From Candidatus Latescibacterota bacterium (GTDB lineage Bacteria > Latescibacterota > UBA2968 > UBA8231): a stretch of DNA of 64,000 bases. Location: NCBI GenBank assembly GCA_965206595.1, contig OZ242214.1, positions 1,504,001-1,568,000 of the forward strand. The letters run 5' to 3'. The notes beneath the pieces are model-generated. The model had not been told where the DNA came from and did no database searches. It worked only from the letters and a program-made list of their open reading frames with translations. Every line of letters starts with the position of its first letter. The first letter of the stretch is position 1. The translations under genes and the position numbers were made by a program. This document shows, piece by piece, positions 45,897 to 55,687 of this stretch.

Positions 45897-46684
45897 CCAT
45901 GCGTAACCTGCTCGCCGTTTACTCCAAGGAGATGCGATCCTATTTCGTATCCCCGGTCGCCTACGTGATCGCGGGAGTGTTCCTGTTCCTGTCAGGCTAC
46001 CTGTTCCGCAATATACTGATGCAGTTCAACTGGTGGTGCCTGCAGTACAGCCAGAGGGCGCAGTACATGGACGCCAGCGGAATGCCGCCGCTCAACCTCA
46101 ACGAGATGGTGGTGACCCAGTTTTTCGCGGTCATGGACTTCATCTGGCTGCTCGTGGTGCCGATGCTGACGATGCGGCTGTTCGCCGAGGAGAAGAAGAC
46201 GGGAACGATCGAGCTGCTGATGACGTCGCCGATCTCGACGACGCAGATCCTGCTCGGCAAGTTCTTCGCCTGCTTCACCCTGTACACCTCCATCGTCGCC
46301 TTGACCCTGGTGTACTGCGGCATCCTCGAGGTGTACGGCGACCCGGACTGGGGACCGATCTGGTCGGCCTACCTGGGATACCTGCTGCTCGGGGCCACCT
46401 TCATCGGCGTCGGCATCCTGGCATCCGCGGTCACCGAAAACCAGATCGTCGCCGTGCTGCTCGCCTTCGGGGTTCTCCTACTGCTGTGGCTGATCGACTG
46501 GTCGGCGAGCTTCGCCGGTCCGACGCTGGCCAAGGTCCTGCAGTACCTGTCGATCATTCAGCATCTCCAGGACTTCCAGCGCGGCGTCATCGACACCAAG
46601 GACGTGGTCTTCTACCTCAGCTTCGTGTTCTTCACCCTTTTCGCCACGGGCCGCGTCATCGAGTCCAGGCGCTGGCGGCGGTAG
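45893..46684 (+). CDS. GldF-like ABC-2 permease
   Basis: KEMRSYF.SP.AY, P.LTMRLFAEEKKTGTIELLMTSP, GKF, TENQIVA, F.RGVIDTKDVVFY. Confidence 0.9.
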   Translation: MTMRNLLAVYSKEMRSYFVSPVAYVIAGVFLFLSGYLFRNILMQFNWWCLQYSQRAQYMDASGMPPLNLNEMVVTQFFAVMDFIWLLVVPMLTMRLFAEEKKTGTIELLMTSPISTTQILLGKFFACFTLYTSIVALTLVYCGILEVYGDPDWGPIWSAYLGYLLLGATFIGVGILASAVTENQIVAVLLAFGVLLLLWLIDWSASFAGPTLAKVLQYLSIIQHLQDFQRGVIDTKDVVFYLSFVFFTLFATGRVIESRRWRR

Positions 46685-46752
46685 GGGGGATGAACAGTAG
46701 GGATGCACTATTTCTCACCTACCTCCGTAACATGCACAACGAGAACTGACCC

Positions 46753-49700
46753 ATGATCGAAGCGCTAGGGTTGATAACTATCTGGTTATGTCTTGGGATT
46801 GCTGCTTCTCTGATAGCCAAAAACCGAGGCGCATCCGCATTCATTCCTTTTTTGTTGGGTGTCCTTCTTGGCCCTATTGGCATACTGTGGGCATTGTCAA
46901 AAGGGAAACGGTGCCAACACTGCAAATCCAAAATTCATTCTGCAGCGACGGTGTGCCCCAAATGCGGTTCCACTCAGTTGGAGGCCCTCCCGCGACCTGC
47001 TCATCCGTTGACAGGGTCGTACACCACTCACATCAGCCTGGCCGGAGCGGCCCTCGCCCTCATGGGAGGGCTGGCGCTGGCCCTCGATCCGGAGGAAGCG
47101 GGCGTCCAGCTGGCCTGCATCGGCGCCGGGGTGCTGGTGATCGCGGTTTGCGCCGCGATCAACCCCGCCCTGTTCAAGCAGTACTCGAGCTGGCTCAACG
47201 CCCTGTGGGGGAGCATTCTGGTTCTGTTGATCGTCGTCATGGTCAACTTCGTCACCAATTCCCACCCGCAGCGGTTCGACCTCACGGCCGGCAAGCTCCA
47301 CAGCCTCTCTCCTCTCACGGTGGAGTCGCTGCAGGGGCTCGACCGCGACGTGCGCGTTCTCGCCTTCATGGAGAAGGGGGAAGACCAGAAGCTCGAGGGC
47401 CTCCTCAAGCAGTACTCGACGTACAGCAGCTCCTTCGATTTCGAGCTCGTCGATCCCGACCGCGATCCGCAGAGAACGAGCGACTACGGCATTCGCCGCT
47501 ACAACACCGTCGTGGTAGAGTCCGGCGAAAAGCAGCAGCAGGTCACCGAGCTGACCGAGAAAGAGATCACCAACGCGATGCTCAAGGTGACCCGCGATCG
47601 CCAGTCCTTCGTCTACCTCACCGTCGGCCATGGCGAGAAGGGGGTTGCCCAGACCGACCAGGGGCTCAGCAGACTTCGCGATCGCCTGCAGGAGATCGAC
47701 TACGTGCTCGAGGACTCCCTTTTCCTCGCCAGGGAAGGGGAGGTCCCGGGCGACTGCGCGGTGCTGATCATCGCCGGGCCGCAGTCCTCCTTCTTCAGCA
47801 CCGAAGCGGACGCCATCGCCCGCTACCTCGACGCCGGAGGCGCGGTCATCGCCCTCCTGGATCCCACACACGAGAGCGGACTGGAGCAGCTGTTCTCTTC
47901 GTGGGGGGTCGAGCTGGGCGACGACTTCGTCATCGACACGAGCGGAATCGGAAGCCTGTTCGGTCTCGATTTCACCATTCCCGTCGCCGTCAGCTACGAC
48001 CAGGAACATCCGCTGGTCCGCAAGCACCGCTCGGGAATCATGACCTTCTTCGAACTGGCGCGCTCGGTCCGCTTCGTCGAGACCGATGCAGTCGAGGGTG
48101 CGGAACTGGTCATGACGAGCAGCCAGAGCTGGGCTGAACGGGACCTCAGCGCCCTCCTGCCCGGGCAGGGGAAGCGCACCGTATCGCTCGACGAGGGCGT
48201 CGACCGGACCGGCCCTGTCTCCCTCGGAGTCGCTGCCATGCGGGAGGAGGGCGGCAGGCTCGTCCTTTTCGGCGATTCCGACTTTGCCAGCAACCGCTAT
48301 TTCGACCTGCAGGGAAACGGCGATCTCGTCCTCAACGCGATCAGCTGGCTGGCGGCGGACGAGGGCCTGATCTCCATCAGGCCGCGCGAGGCCGGTTTCA
48401 ACCCGATCGCGCTGACCGACAGCCAGTCGGAATGGATTTTCTGGATCGGCGTCATCCTCTATCCGCTGGCCGTTGCCCTCGTCGGTTTCTTCGTCGTCTC
48501 GAGCAAGGGCCGCTGGAGCGTGCGCGATCTCCTGGCGGCGGGTCTGGGCTTGGCGCTCTCCCTCGGTATCGTCACCTTGGTTAACGTCATCGGCGACCGC
48601 TATCACAGCCGTCTCGACGTGACCGCGGACGGGCTGTTCACGCTGTCGCCGAAGACACGGGACCTGCTGGAGCGGGCGGAACGGCAGGACCGCTTCATCT
48701 CCGTAAAGGCGTTCACCTCCGAGATGGAGTCGATGCGCTTCCGGGAATTGATGGATGAGTACAAATACGAGACGCGGAATTTCGACTACGAGATTGTCGA
48801 TCCGCAGCAGCGCTCCCTGGAGTGGAAACAGTACGGGGTAACAACCCGAGGAACCTCCCTCGTCGAGGTGTCGGGGGACGGCAAGGTGCACGGCGAACGC
48901 ATCGAGGAACAGACCGAAGAGGCGCTGAGCAACGCGATCAAGAGTGCCCTCGAAGCACGCGAGCGCCGCATCGCATTCGTCGGCGGGCACGGCGAGGGGA
49001 TGCTGACGGAAGTGGACGGAGAGGGGTTCAGCATTCTCAACGGGCGCCTGAAGGAGCTCAATCTGCAGATCGACGAGGGCGTGCGGCTGGACGGCGCCCC
49101 GATAGCGGCTCAGACTCTGGTCCTCCTCGGCCCGAAGGAGCAGTTGTCGAGCGCCGAGGCGGTGGCCTTCGAAGCCCTCCTCCGCAGGGGCAAGGACGCC
49201 GTCCTCCTGACCGACCCGGGTGTCGCCACCGGGCTCGAATCGGTGCTGGAGGGGTACGGTATCGACCTCGGGAACGATTTCGTCGTCGACCTGAGCGGTA
49301 TCGGGCAGCTTCTCGGCACCGACGTTTCGGTTCCGGTCGTACTCCAGTACGGCAACCACCCGGTGACCGGGAAGATCGGCTCCGGCACGATGAGCTTCTT
49401 CCCGTTTGCGCGCTCGGTTTCCCCGGCGCAGGGCGATCCCGCCGGATCCGAGATCACGGCGTTGGCCTACACCCACCGCAGCAGCTGGGCGGAGACCGAC
49501 CTGTCGCCGCTGGCCGGAGAGGGAGGGCAGGTCGAGTTCGATCCGGAGAGCGACCGCCAGGGGCCGCTGTCGCTGGCGGTCGCAGTCAAGTCCGACCCGG
49601 ACAGCGCCGCCACTGGGGACAAGACCCGTCTCGTGGTCTTCGGCGACTCCGACTTCGCCCGCAACCAGCACTTCGGCCAGCAGGCCAACGGCGACCTGAT

Positions 49701-50235
49701 GATAGGCGCTCTGAAATGGGTGACCGAAAGCGAGGATCGTCTCACGATCCCGCTCAAGCGTCCTGGTTCCAACCCCATCAACCTCGTCGGCAACCAGGGG
49801 GACGTGGTGCTGTGGGTCTCCGTGTTCGTGCTGCCTTTCGCGGTTGCCCTGTCGGGATTCGTCATCATGCTGCGCCGCGGCCACCAAGCCTACTCGTCCG
49901 GGTTTGTCCGCTGGCTTCTGTACTCGCACATCTCGGCCGCAACCGGCCTCTTCGGCCTGGCAACGGTGGCGATTGCGGACGGGAGCTCCTTGGCCGGGTT
50001 CGGCTACTTCATCGTGGCGGTCGGACTGGCGATGGCCGGTTACGGCCTTCACCGCAAGGAGCCCTGGTCATGGCCCGCGGCCCTGGCCCTGAGCGCAATC
50101 GTCGTCGGCGTCGGGTTCGCGGCGATTCCCCACGAGACGCTGCAGTTGGTGTCCGCCGGGTGGTGGATTGCCAATGCCTGTATCCTCGTCTGGATCAAGA
50201 GCGACTTCACTCCGAATACCGGGACGGAGAAGTAG
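46753..50235 (+). CDS. GldG-like membrane protein with two tandem GldG modules and an N-terminal zinc-ribbon/TM extension
   Basis: Duplicated motifs RFDLT...SLS / RLDVT...TLS, GHGE x2, LG.DFV.D.SGIG.L.G x2, RLV.FGDSDFA.N x2; N-terminal CQHC..CPKC. Confidence 0.85.
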   Translation: MIEALGLITIWLCLGIAASLIAKNRGASAFIPFLLGVLLGPIGILWALSKGKRCQHCKSKIHSAATVCPKCGSTQLEALPRPAHPLTGSYTTHISLAGAALALMGGLALALDPEEAGVQLACIGAGVLVIAVCAAINPALFKQYSSWLNALWGSILVLLIVVMVNFVTNSHPQRFDLTAGKLHSLSPLTVESLQGLDRDVRVLAFMEKGEDQKLEGLLKQYSTYSSSFDFELVDPDRDPQRTSDYGIRRYNTVVVESGEKQQQVTELTEKEITNAMLKVTRDRQSFVYLTVGHGEKGVAQTDQGLSRLRDRLQEIDYVLEDSLFLAREGEVPGDCAVLIIAGPQSSFFSTEADAIARYLDAGGAVIALLDPTHESGLEQLFSSWGVELGDDFVIDTSGIGSLFGLDFTIPVAVSYDQEHPLVRKHRSGIMTFFELARSVRFVETDAVEGAELVMTSSQSWAERDLSALLPGQGKRTVSLDEGVDRTGPVSLGVAAMREEGGRLVLFGDSDFASNRYFDLQGNGDLVLNAISWLAADEGLISIRPREAGFNPIALTDSQSEWIFWIGVILYPLAVALVGFFVVSSKGRWSVRDLLAAGLGLALSLGIVTLVNVIGDRYHSRLDVTADGLFTLSPKTRDLLERAERQDRFISVKAFTSEMESMRFRELMDEYKYETRNFDYEIVDPQQRSLEWKQYGVTTRGTSLVEVSGDGKVHGERIEEQTEEALSNAIKSALEARERRIAFVGGHGEGMLTEVDGEGFSILNGRLKELNLQIDEGVRLDGAPIAAQTLVLLGPKEQLSSAEAVAFEALLRRGKDAVLLTDPGVATGLESVLEGYGIDLGNDFVVDLSGIGQLLGTDVSVPVVLQYGNHPVTGKIGSGTMSFFPFARSVSPAQGDPAGSEITALAYTHRSSWAETDLSPLAGEGGQVEFDPESDRQGPLSLAVAVKSDPDSAATGDKTRLVVFGDSDFARNQHFGQQANGDLMIGALKWVTESEDRLTIPLKRPGSNPINLVGNQGDVVLWVSVFVLPFAVALSGFVIMLRRGHQAYSSGFVRWLLYSHISAATGLFGLATVAIADGSSLAGFGYFIVAVGLAMAGYGLHRKEPWSWPAALALSAIVVGVGFAAIPHETLQLVSAGWWIANACILVWIKSDFTPNTGTEK

Positions 50236-50238
50236 GAA

Positions 50239-51663
50239 ATGCGGTTCAAGACCAACCTCGTCATCAGCGCCGTTTTCGCGGCCCTGCTGGCATTCGTCTA
50301 TTTCTACGAGATAAAGGGCGGGGAGGAACGCGAAGCAGCGGCGAAAAAGGCCAGGCAACTTCTCGACTTCAGTGACCACGAAGCGACGCGGATCTTCATC
50401 GACCGCGTTGACACCGCCATCTCGGTGGCCAAGACGCCGGACGGCTGGCGCCTGCTGGAGCCGGTAGCCGCCGACGCCGACCAGAAGGCGGTCGAGAGGT
50501 ATCTGCGCAACCTGCGCGAAACCGAGATCGAGCGCGTCGTCGAGGACAGCGCCGCGGCGGCAGGCAACGCGGATCTGGCCGCAAAGTACGGGCTCGAGAA
50601 GCCGAGGCTGCGGGTCCTGATCGAGCTGGCGGAAACGGTCCTCGACACCGTCGTCCTCGGGCAGGACAGTCCGACCGAACGCTACGCGTACGCGCGTCGC
50701 AGCGGTGAGAACCCCGAGATATTCACCGTGCGCGCCTGGCGCCTCGACAACCTCGACAAGGGGGTTTTCGACCTGAGGGATCGGAGAGTCCTGGCTTTCG
50801 ACAGCGACGAGGTGCGCGAGATCGGCCTGACCGGCTTCGCAACCGAAGGGGATCTCACCATCATTCGGGAGGAAGGGAGTTGGCGGCTGATGCCGGTCGA
50901 CCGGCCCGCGGACGAGTCCTCGGTGGAGGAGCTGTTGCAGGAGATTTCGAGCTCCGAGGCAGAGGCCTTCGTGAGCGAAACCCCCGGAGAGGAGGAGAAA
51001 GCGAGTCGCGGCCTTGCCGAGCCGATACTCGAGGTCTCCCTGCTGCTGGGTGAGGAGCGGGCGGAGAAGCGGCTCGTCATCGGATTGGAAGCGGAAGACA
51101 AGGGGCACCATTACGCCCTCGACCCGAGTCGAGCGCCGATTTTCCTGATCGATTCCACCCTCGTCAACGCCGTCGGCAAGAGCGCATTCGACCTGCGGGA
51201 CAAGCAGCCGGTAGCTGTGGAGGACCGCGACGCGATCGGGAAGATCGAGCTCTGGCAGGGGGGCGAGGCGGCGTTCACTGCCGAGCGCGATACGACCGGG
51301 GGCTGGAACGTCTCCGCTCCGGAGGATCGCGAGGCCAAGTCGTGGAAACTCAACAGCCTGTTGAGCGACATCGACGGCATCGAGGTCGAGGCCTTCACCG
51401 CCGATGCCGCGGAGGAAGCCGCTATCGACATCTCTCCGTACGGCCTCGAAGTTCCCGCCGTGCGCATTCAGCTCACCGACGACCTCGAAGAGAGGGTGGA
51501 AATCAGGATCGGGGAGGTCGACGGAACCGCCTATCTCATGCGCACGGGCGTGGCCTCGGTGTACCGGATCGGCTCCGATGCCCTCGATGATCTGAAGCTC
51601 GGCCTCGACGAGGTGTCGAAAGCGCCGGCCACGAGCGCAGCGGACGACACTTCTGCCGAATAG
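50239..51663 (+). CDS. DUF4340 domain protein (usual GldG neighbour), internally repeated
   Basis: N-terminal TM, W.L..P....AD, YGLEKP/GLAEP/YGLEVP, DLRD x2. Confidence 0.8.
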   Translation: MRFKTNLVISAVFAALLAFVYFYEIKGGEEREAAAKKARQLLDFSDHEATRIFIDRVDTAISVAKTPDGWRLLEPVAADADQKAVERYLRNLRETEIERVVEDSAAAAGNADLAAKYGLEKPRLRVLIELAETVLDTVVLGQDSPTERYAYARRSGENPEIFTVRAWRLDNLDKGVFDLRDRRVLAFDSDEVREIGLTGFATEGDLTIIREEGSWRLMPVDRPADESSVEELLQEISSSEAEAFVSETPGEEEKASRGLAEPILEVSLLLGEERAEKRLVIGLEAEDKGHHYALDPSRAPIFLIDSTLVNAVGKSAFDLRDKQPVAVEDRDAIGKIELWQGGEAAFTAERDTTGGWNVSAPEDREAKSWKLNSLLSDIDGIEVEAFTADAAEEAAIDISPYGLEVPAVRIQLTDDLEERVEIRIGEVDGTAYLMRTGVASVYRIGSDALDDLKLGLDEVSKAPATSAADDTSAE

Positions 51664-51674
51664 AGGACGGGGGG

Positions 51675-52742
51675 ATGTTGCGGCACCGCGGTCCGCTCCG
51701 GATATGGGCAAGCGGGTTCGCCACTCTCCTCGCCGCCGCCGCCGCCCTCGCCCAGCGACCCGCGATCCCAGCCGGGGCCTTCGATGTCGCCGCCGAGCTT
51801 GAAACGGCGGCCGCCAACATCGGGGCGCCACTGACCTTGACCCTGCGGCTGCGCTACCCGGCCGGGTACTCGCCGTCGTTTCCCGAGATGGGAGAAATCC
51901 TTCCGGGAGAGCTGGAGGTCGACGCCGCCTCTCCCAAAGTCGAGCGCCGTTCCGTCTCGGAACAGGAGACCGAAGCGGTCGCCACCTACGAGGTGTGGGC
52001 GTTTGACCTCGGTGAGCTGACGATCCCCCCCATCCCGGTCCGATTCGCCGCCGCCGGGAAGGACACCCTGTTCCGCAGCACCGCGCCGCTGGCTGTTGGA
52101 ATCGTGCCGGTCCGCGACCCGGAAGACGACGAACTGCGGGACATCGTTCCCCCGCTAGTGATCTCAGGCGGGATTCCGGTCTGGGTTGTCGCCTTGCTCG
52201 CAACCGTGGCCGCGGTGGGGGCGGCCTGGGCCCTGAAGGTGTTTTTTCTCGATCGCCGGCATCGCGGTGCCGCTGCCCAACCATCTCCTCCACCTGTCAA
52301 CTACATCGCCGAATTCAGGAAGATTGCCGGTATGGGGCTGGTTGCGCGCCGCGCCCACAAAACGCATTACACCCTGCTGGCGGAAACGCTGCGGAGGTTT
52401 TTCGAAGACAAGGCAGGGGTGGAGGCGCTTGATCGGACGACTGCCGAGATCGAAGGGGCGCTCGCTCGCATCCCCGGTTTTCCCCGAGAGATCGAACGCC
52501 AGGTTGCCCTGTTTCTCAAGGATGCCGACCTCGTCAAGTTCGCCCGTCACGTTCCGGAGACCGTCGAAGCGGAGGCGGGACCGGACAGGGGGATCGAGAT
52601 CGTCAAAGCTCTGGAGGACTGGCTGCGGGAACAGGCGAGAGCCGCGGTAGCCCAGGCCGAGGCCGCGAAAAGCGTGAGAGAACCGGAGACCGGGGTCGGC
52701 TCCCGGGGTAATGGGAGCCCTGCGGGGCCCGGTGCGGGGTAG
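51675..52742 (+). CDS. Bat-operon membrane protein (BatD-like N-domain, LRDI.PP motif + TM)
   Basis: Signal peptide, FD.G...IPP, LRDIVPP + TM, ALDRTT.EI, ADLVKFA; usual position before batA. Confidence 0.75.
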   Translation: MLRHRGPLRIWASGFATLLAAAAALAQRPAIPAGAFDVAAELETAAANIGAPLTLTLRLRYPAGYSPSFPEMGEILPGELEVDAASPKVERRSVSEQETEAVATYEVWAFDLGELTIPPIPVRFAAAGKDTLFRSTAPLAVGIVPVRDPEDDELRDIVPPLVISGGIPVWVVALLATVAAVGAAWALKVFFLDRRHRGAAAQPSPPPVNYIAEFRKIAGMGLVARRAHKTHYTLLAETLRRFFEDKAGVEALDRTTAEIEGALARIPGFPREIERQVALFLKDADLVKFARHVPETVEAEAGPDRGIEIVKALEDWLREQARAAVAQAEAAKSVREPETGVGSRGNGSPAGPGAG

Positions 52743-52746
52743 GCGA

Positions 52747-53724
52747 GTGGTGGAGAATCTGCGTTTCGAAAACGGGGTATGGCTGCTGGCACTGGTGCTG
52801 CTGCCGCTGCTCCTGTACCGCTATCTGGTCGAGGAGCGAGGTGACAGGGGCAGCATCCGCTTCTCCAGCCTGGAGTCTTTCGAGGGCGTGAAGCCCGGCC
52901 TGTGGATGCGGTTGCGACACGCCGTAGTGGTGCTGCGGCTGGCCGGGCTCGCCTGCCTGATCGTGGCGATGGCCCGCCCCCAGGCCGGCAAGGAAGTCGT
53001 CGACGTGACCGCCGAGGGGATCGACATCATGCTTGTTCTCGACGTCTCGGGAAGCATGGAAGCTCGTGATCTCGGGGACGCCAACCGGCTCGAAGTCGCC
53101 AAGGAAGTGGTGTCCGAGTTCATCGCCGGCCGGCACAGCGACCGCATCGGGATGGTCGTTTTCGCCGGCGTGAGCTTCACCCAGTGCCCCCTGACGCTCG
53201 ACTACGACGTCCTCCTGGAGTTCCTCGCAGATATCGAGATCGCCTCGAGGAGCTGGGACGGCACCGCCATCGGAATCGCCCTGATCAATGCCTGCAACCG
53301 GCTGCGGGACGCCGACGGCAAGAGCAAGGTCGTCATCCTGCTGACCGACGGAGTCAACAACGCAGGAGAGATCGACCCCATGACCGCGGCCGCGGTCGCC
53401 GAGGCTACCGGCATCCGCGTGTACACGATCGGCGTCGGCGGCCGGGGCAACCAGGCGCCAGGGCGCCGGGGCCGCGGGCCCGAATTCGACGAGGAGATCC
53501 TCAAGCAGATCGCCACGTCTACCGGGGGCCACTACTACCACGCCACCAGCCGCGAAAAGCTGAAGCAGGTGTACGAAGAGATCGGCGAACTCGAAACCAC
53601 CCCGGTGACGAGCGCGATCCATCTCGACTTTTCCGAACGCTACGGACGCTTCCTCTGGACCGGATCAGCCCTGCTGCTGCTCGGGTTCGTCCTGGCCAAC
53701 ACCCGGTTCCGCCGGCTTCCCTGA
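52747..53724 (+). CDS. BatA-like vWA domain protein
   Basis: N-terminal TM, MARPQ, GIDIMLVLDVSGSM MIDAS, DRIGMVVF, PLTLD, GTAIG, LLTDG.NN.G. Confidence 0.9.
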   Translation: MVENLRFENGVWLLALVLLPLLLYRYLVEERGDRGSIRFSSLESFEGVKPGLWMRLRHAVVVLRLAGLACLIVAMARPQAGKEVVDVTAEGIDIMLVLDVSGSMEARDLGDANRLEVAKEVVSEFIAGRHSDRIGMVVFAGVSFTQCPLTLDYDVLLEFLADIEIASRSWDGTAIGIALINACNRLRDADGKSKVVILLTDGVNNAGEIDPMTAAAVAEATGIRVYTIGVGGRGNQAPGRRGRGPEFDEEILKQIATSTGGHYYHATSREKLKQVYEEIGELETTPVTSAIHLDFSERYGRFLWTGSALLLLGFVLANTRFRRLP

Positions 53725-53737
53725 AACCGAGCCCCCG

Positions 53738-54759
53738 ATGCGCTTCGCCCACCCCGACAATCTCTGGCTGCTCATGGCCCTGCCGCTGCTCGTGCTTTTC
53801 GCGTTTTGGGCCGTAGCCGCCAAGCGCCGCGGTCTCGCCCGCTTTGCAGCGCCGCAGGTCGCCGGCAGATTGACGCGCAGCGTCAGTGTCGTTCGCCAGC
53901 GCTGGAAGTACTGCATCGCCGTCAGCGGCTTTGCCTTTCTCTCCCTCGCCCTTGGCGGCCCGCAGTTCGGGGCGGAGTTGACGATGGCCAAGCGCAAGGG
54001 AGTCGACATCGTCATCGCACTCGATGTCTCCCGGAGCATGCTGGCCGAGGATATCGGCCCCAACCGGCTGCAGCGGGCACGTTACCAGATTGGGGAGCTG
54101 CTCGACCGGCTGGAGGGGGACCGCGTCGGCCTCGTTGTGTTTGCCGGCAAGGCGTTCGTCCAGTGTCCCCTTACCCTCGACTATGGGGCCCTGCGGCTGC
54201 TTTTGTCCGTCGTCGACGCCGGCAGCATCCCGGTCCAGGGAACGGCGATAGGGGAGGCCCTCGAGCTGGCGCGCAGCTGCTTCGACGAAGGGGACCGCCA
54301 GCACAAGGCGATTGTGCTGTTCACCGACGGAGAGGATCACGTCGCCGATCCGATAGCTGCCGCGGACAACGCCGCGGCAGAGGGTGTACGCATATTCGCG
54401 ATCGGCATGGGCACCTCCGACGGCGAGCTGATACCGATCAGGCAGGACGGGGGTGGGGTCGACTTCCACCGCGACCGCGCCGGAAATCCGGTGAAGACGC
54501 GGCTCGACGAGGGGGTGCTGCGCGAAGTGGCCGCCCTCAGTGAGGGGGCGTACTACCGCAGCAGTTTGCGCGGGGTGGAGATCGAAGAGATATACCGCGA
54601 GATCGCCAACATGGACCAGAAGGAGTTCGAGTCGCAAAGGTTCACGCGCTACGAGGAGCGCTACCAGATCCCCCTTGCTCTCGCCCTCGCCTGCTTTGTT
54701 CTCGAGTCGCTGCTGGGGGACCGGAGGCGACAGCGGCTGGAATGGAAGGGCCGTTTCGA

Positions 54760-54763
<4 letters not shown>
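53738..54763 (+). CDS. BatB-like vWA domain protein
   Basis: GPQFG, ALDVSRSMLAEDI.PNRL, DRVGLVVFAG, PLTLDY, FTDGEDH, TRLDE..L, ERYQ. Confidence 0.9.
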
Positions 54764-55680
<917 letters not shown>

Positions 55681-55687
55681 GTCTGAA

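Noticed and set aside
46897-50052. 1051-aa minus-strand ORF (also 50068-52293, 27223-28890, 55667-57262 and similar)
   Set aside because: Stop-free antisense frames expected opposite high-GC3 genes; no recognisable motifs
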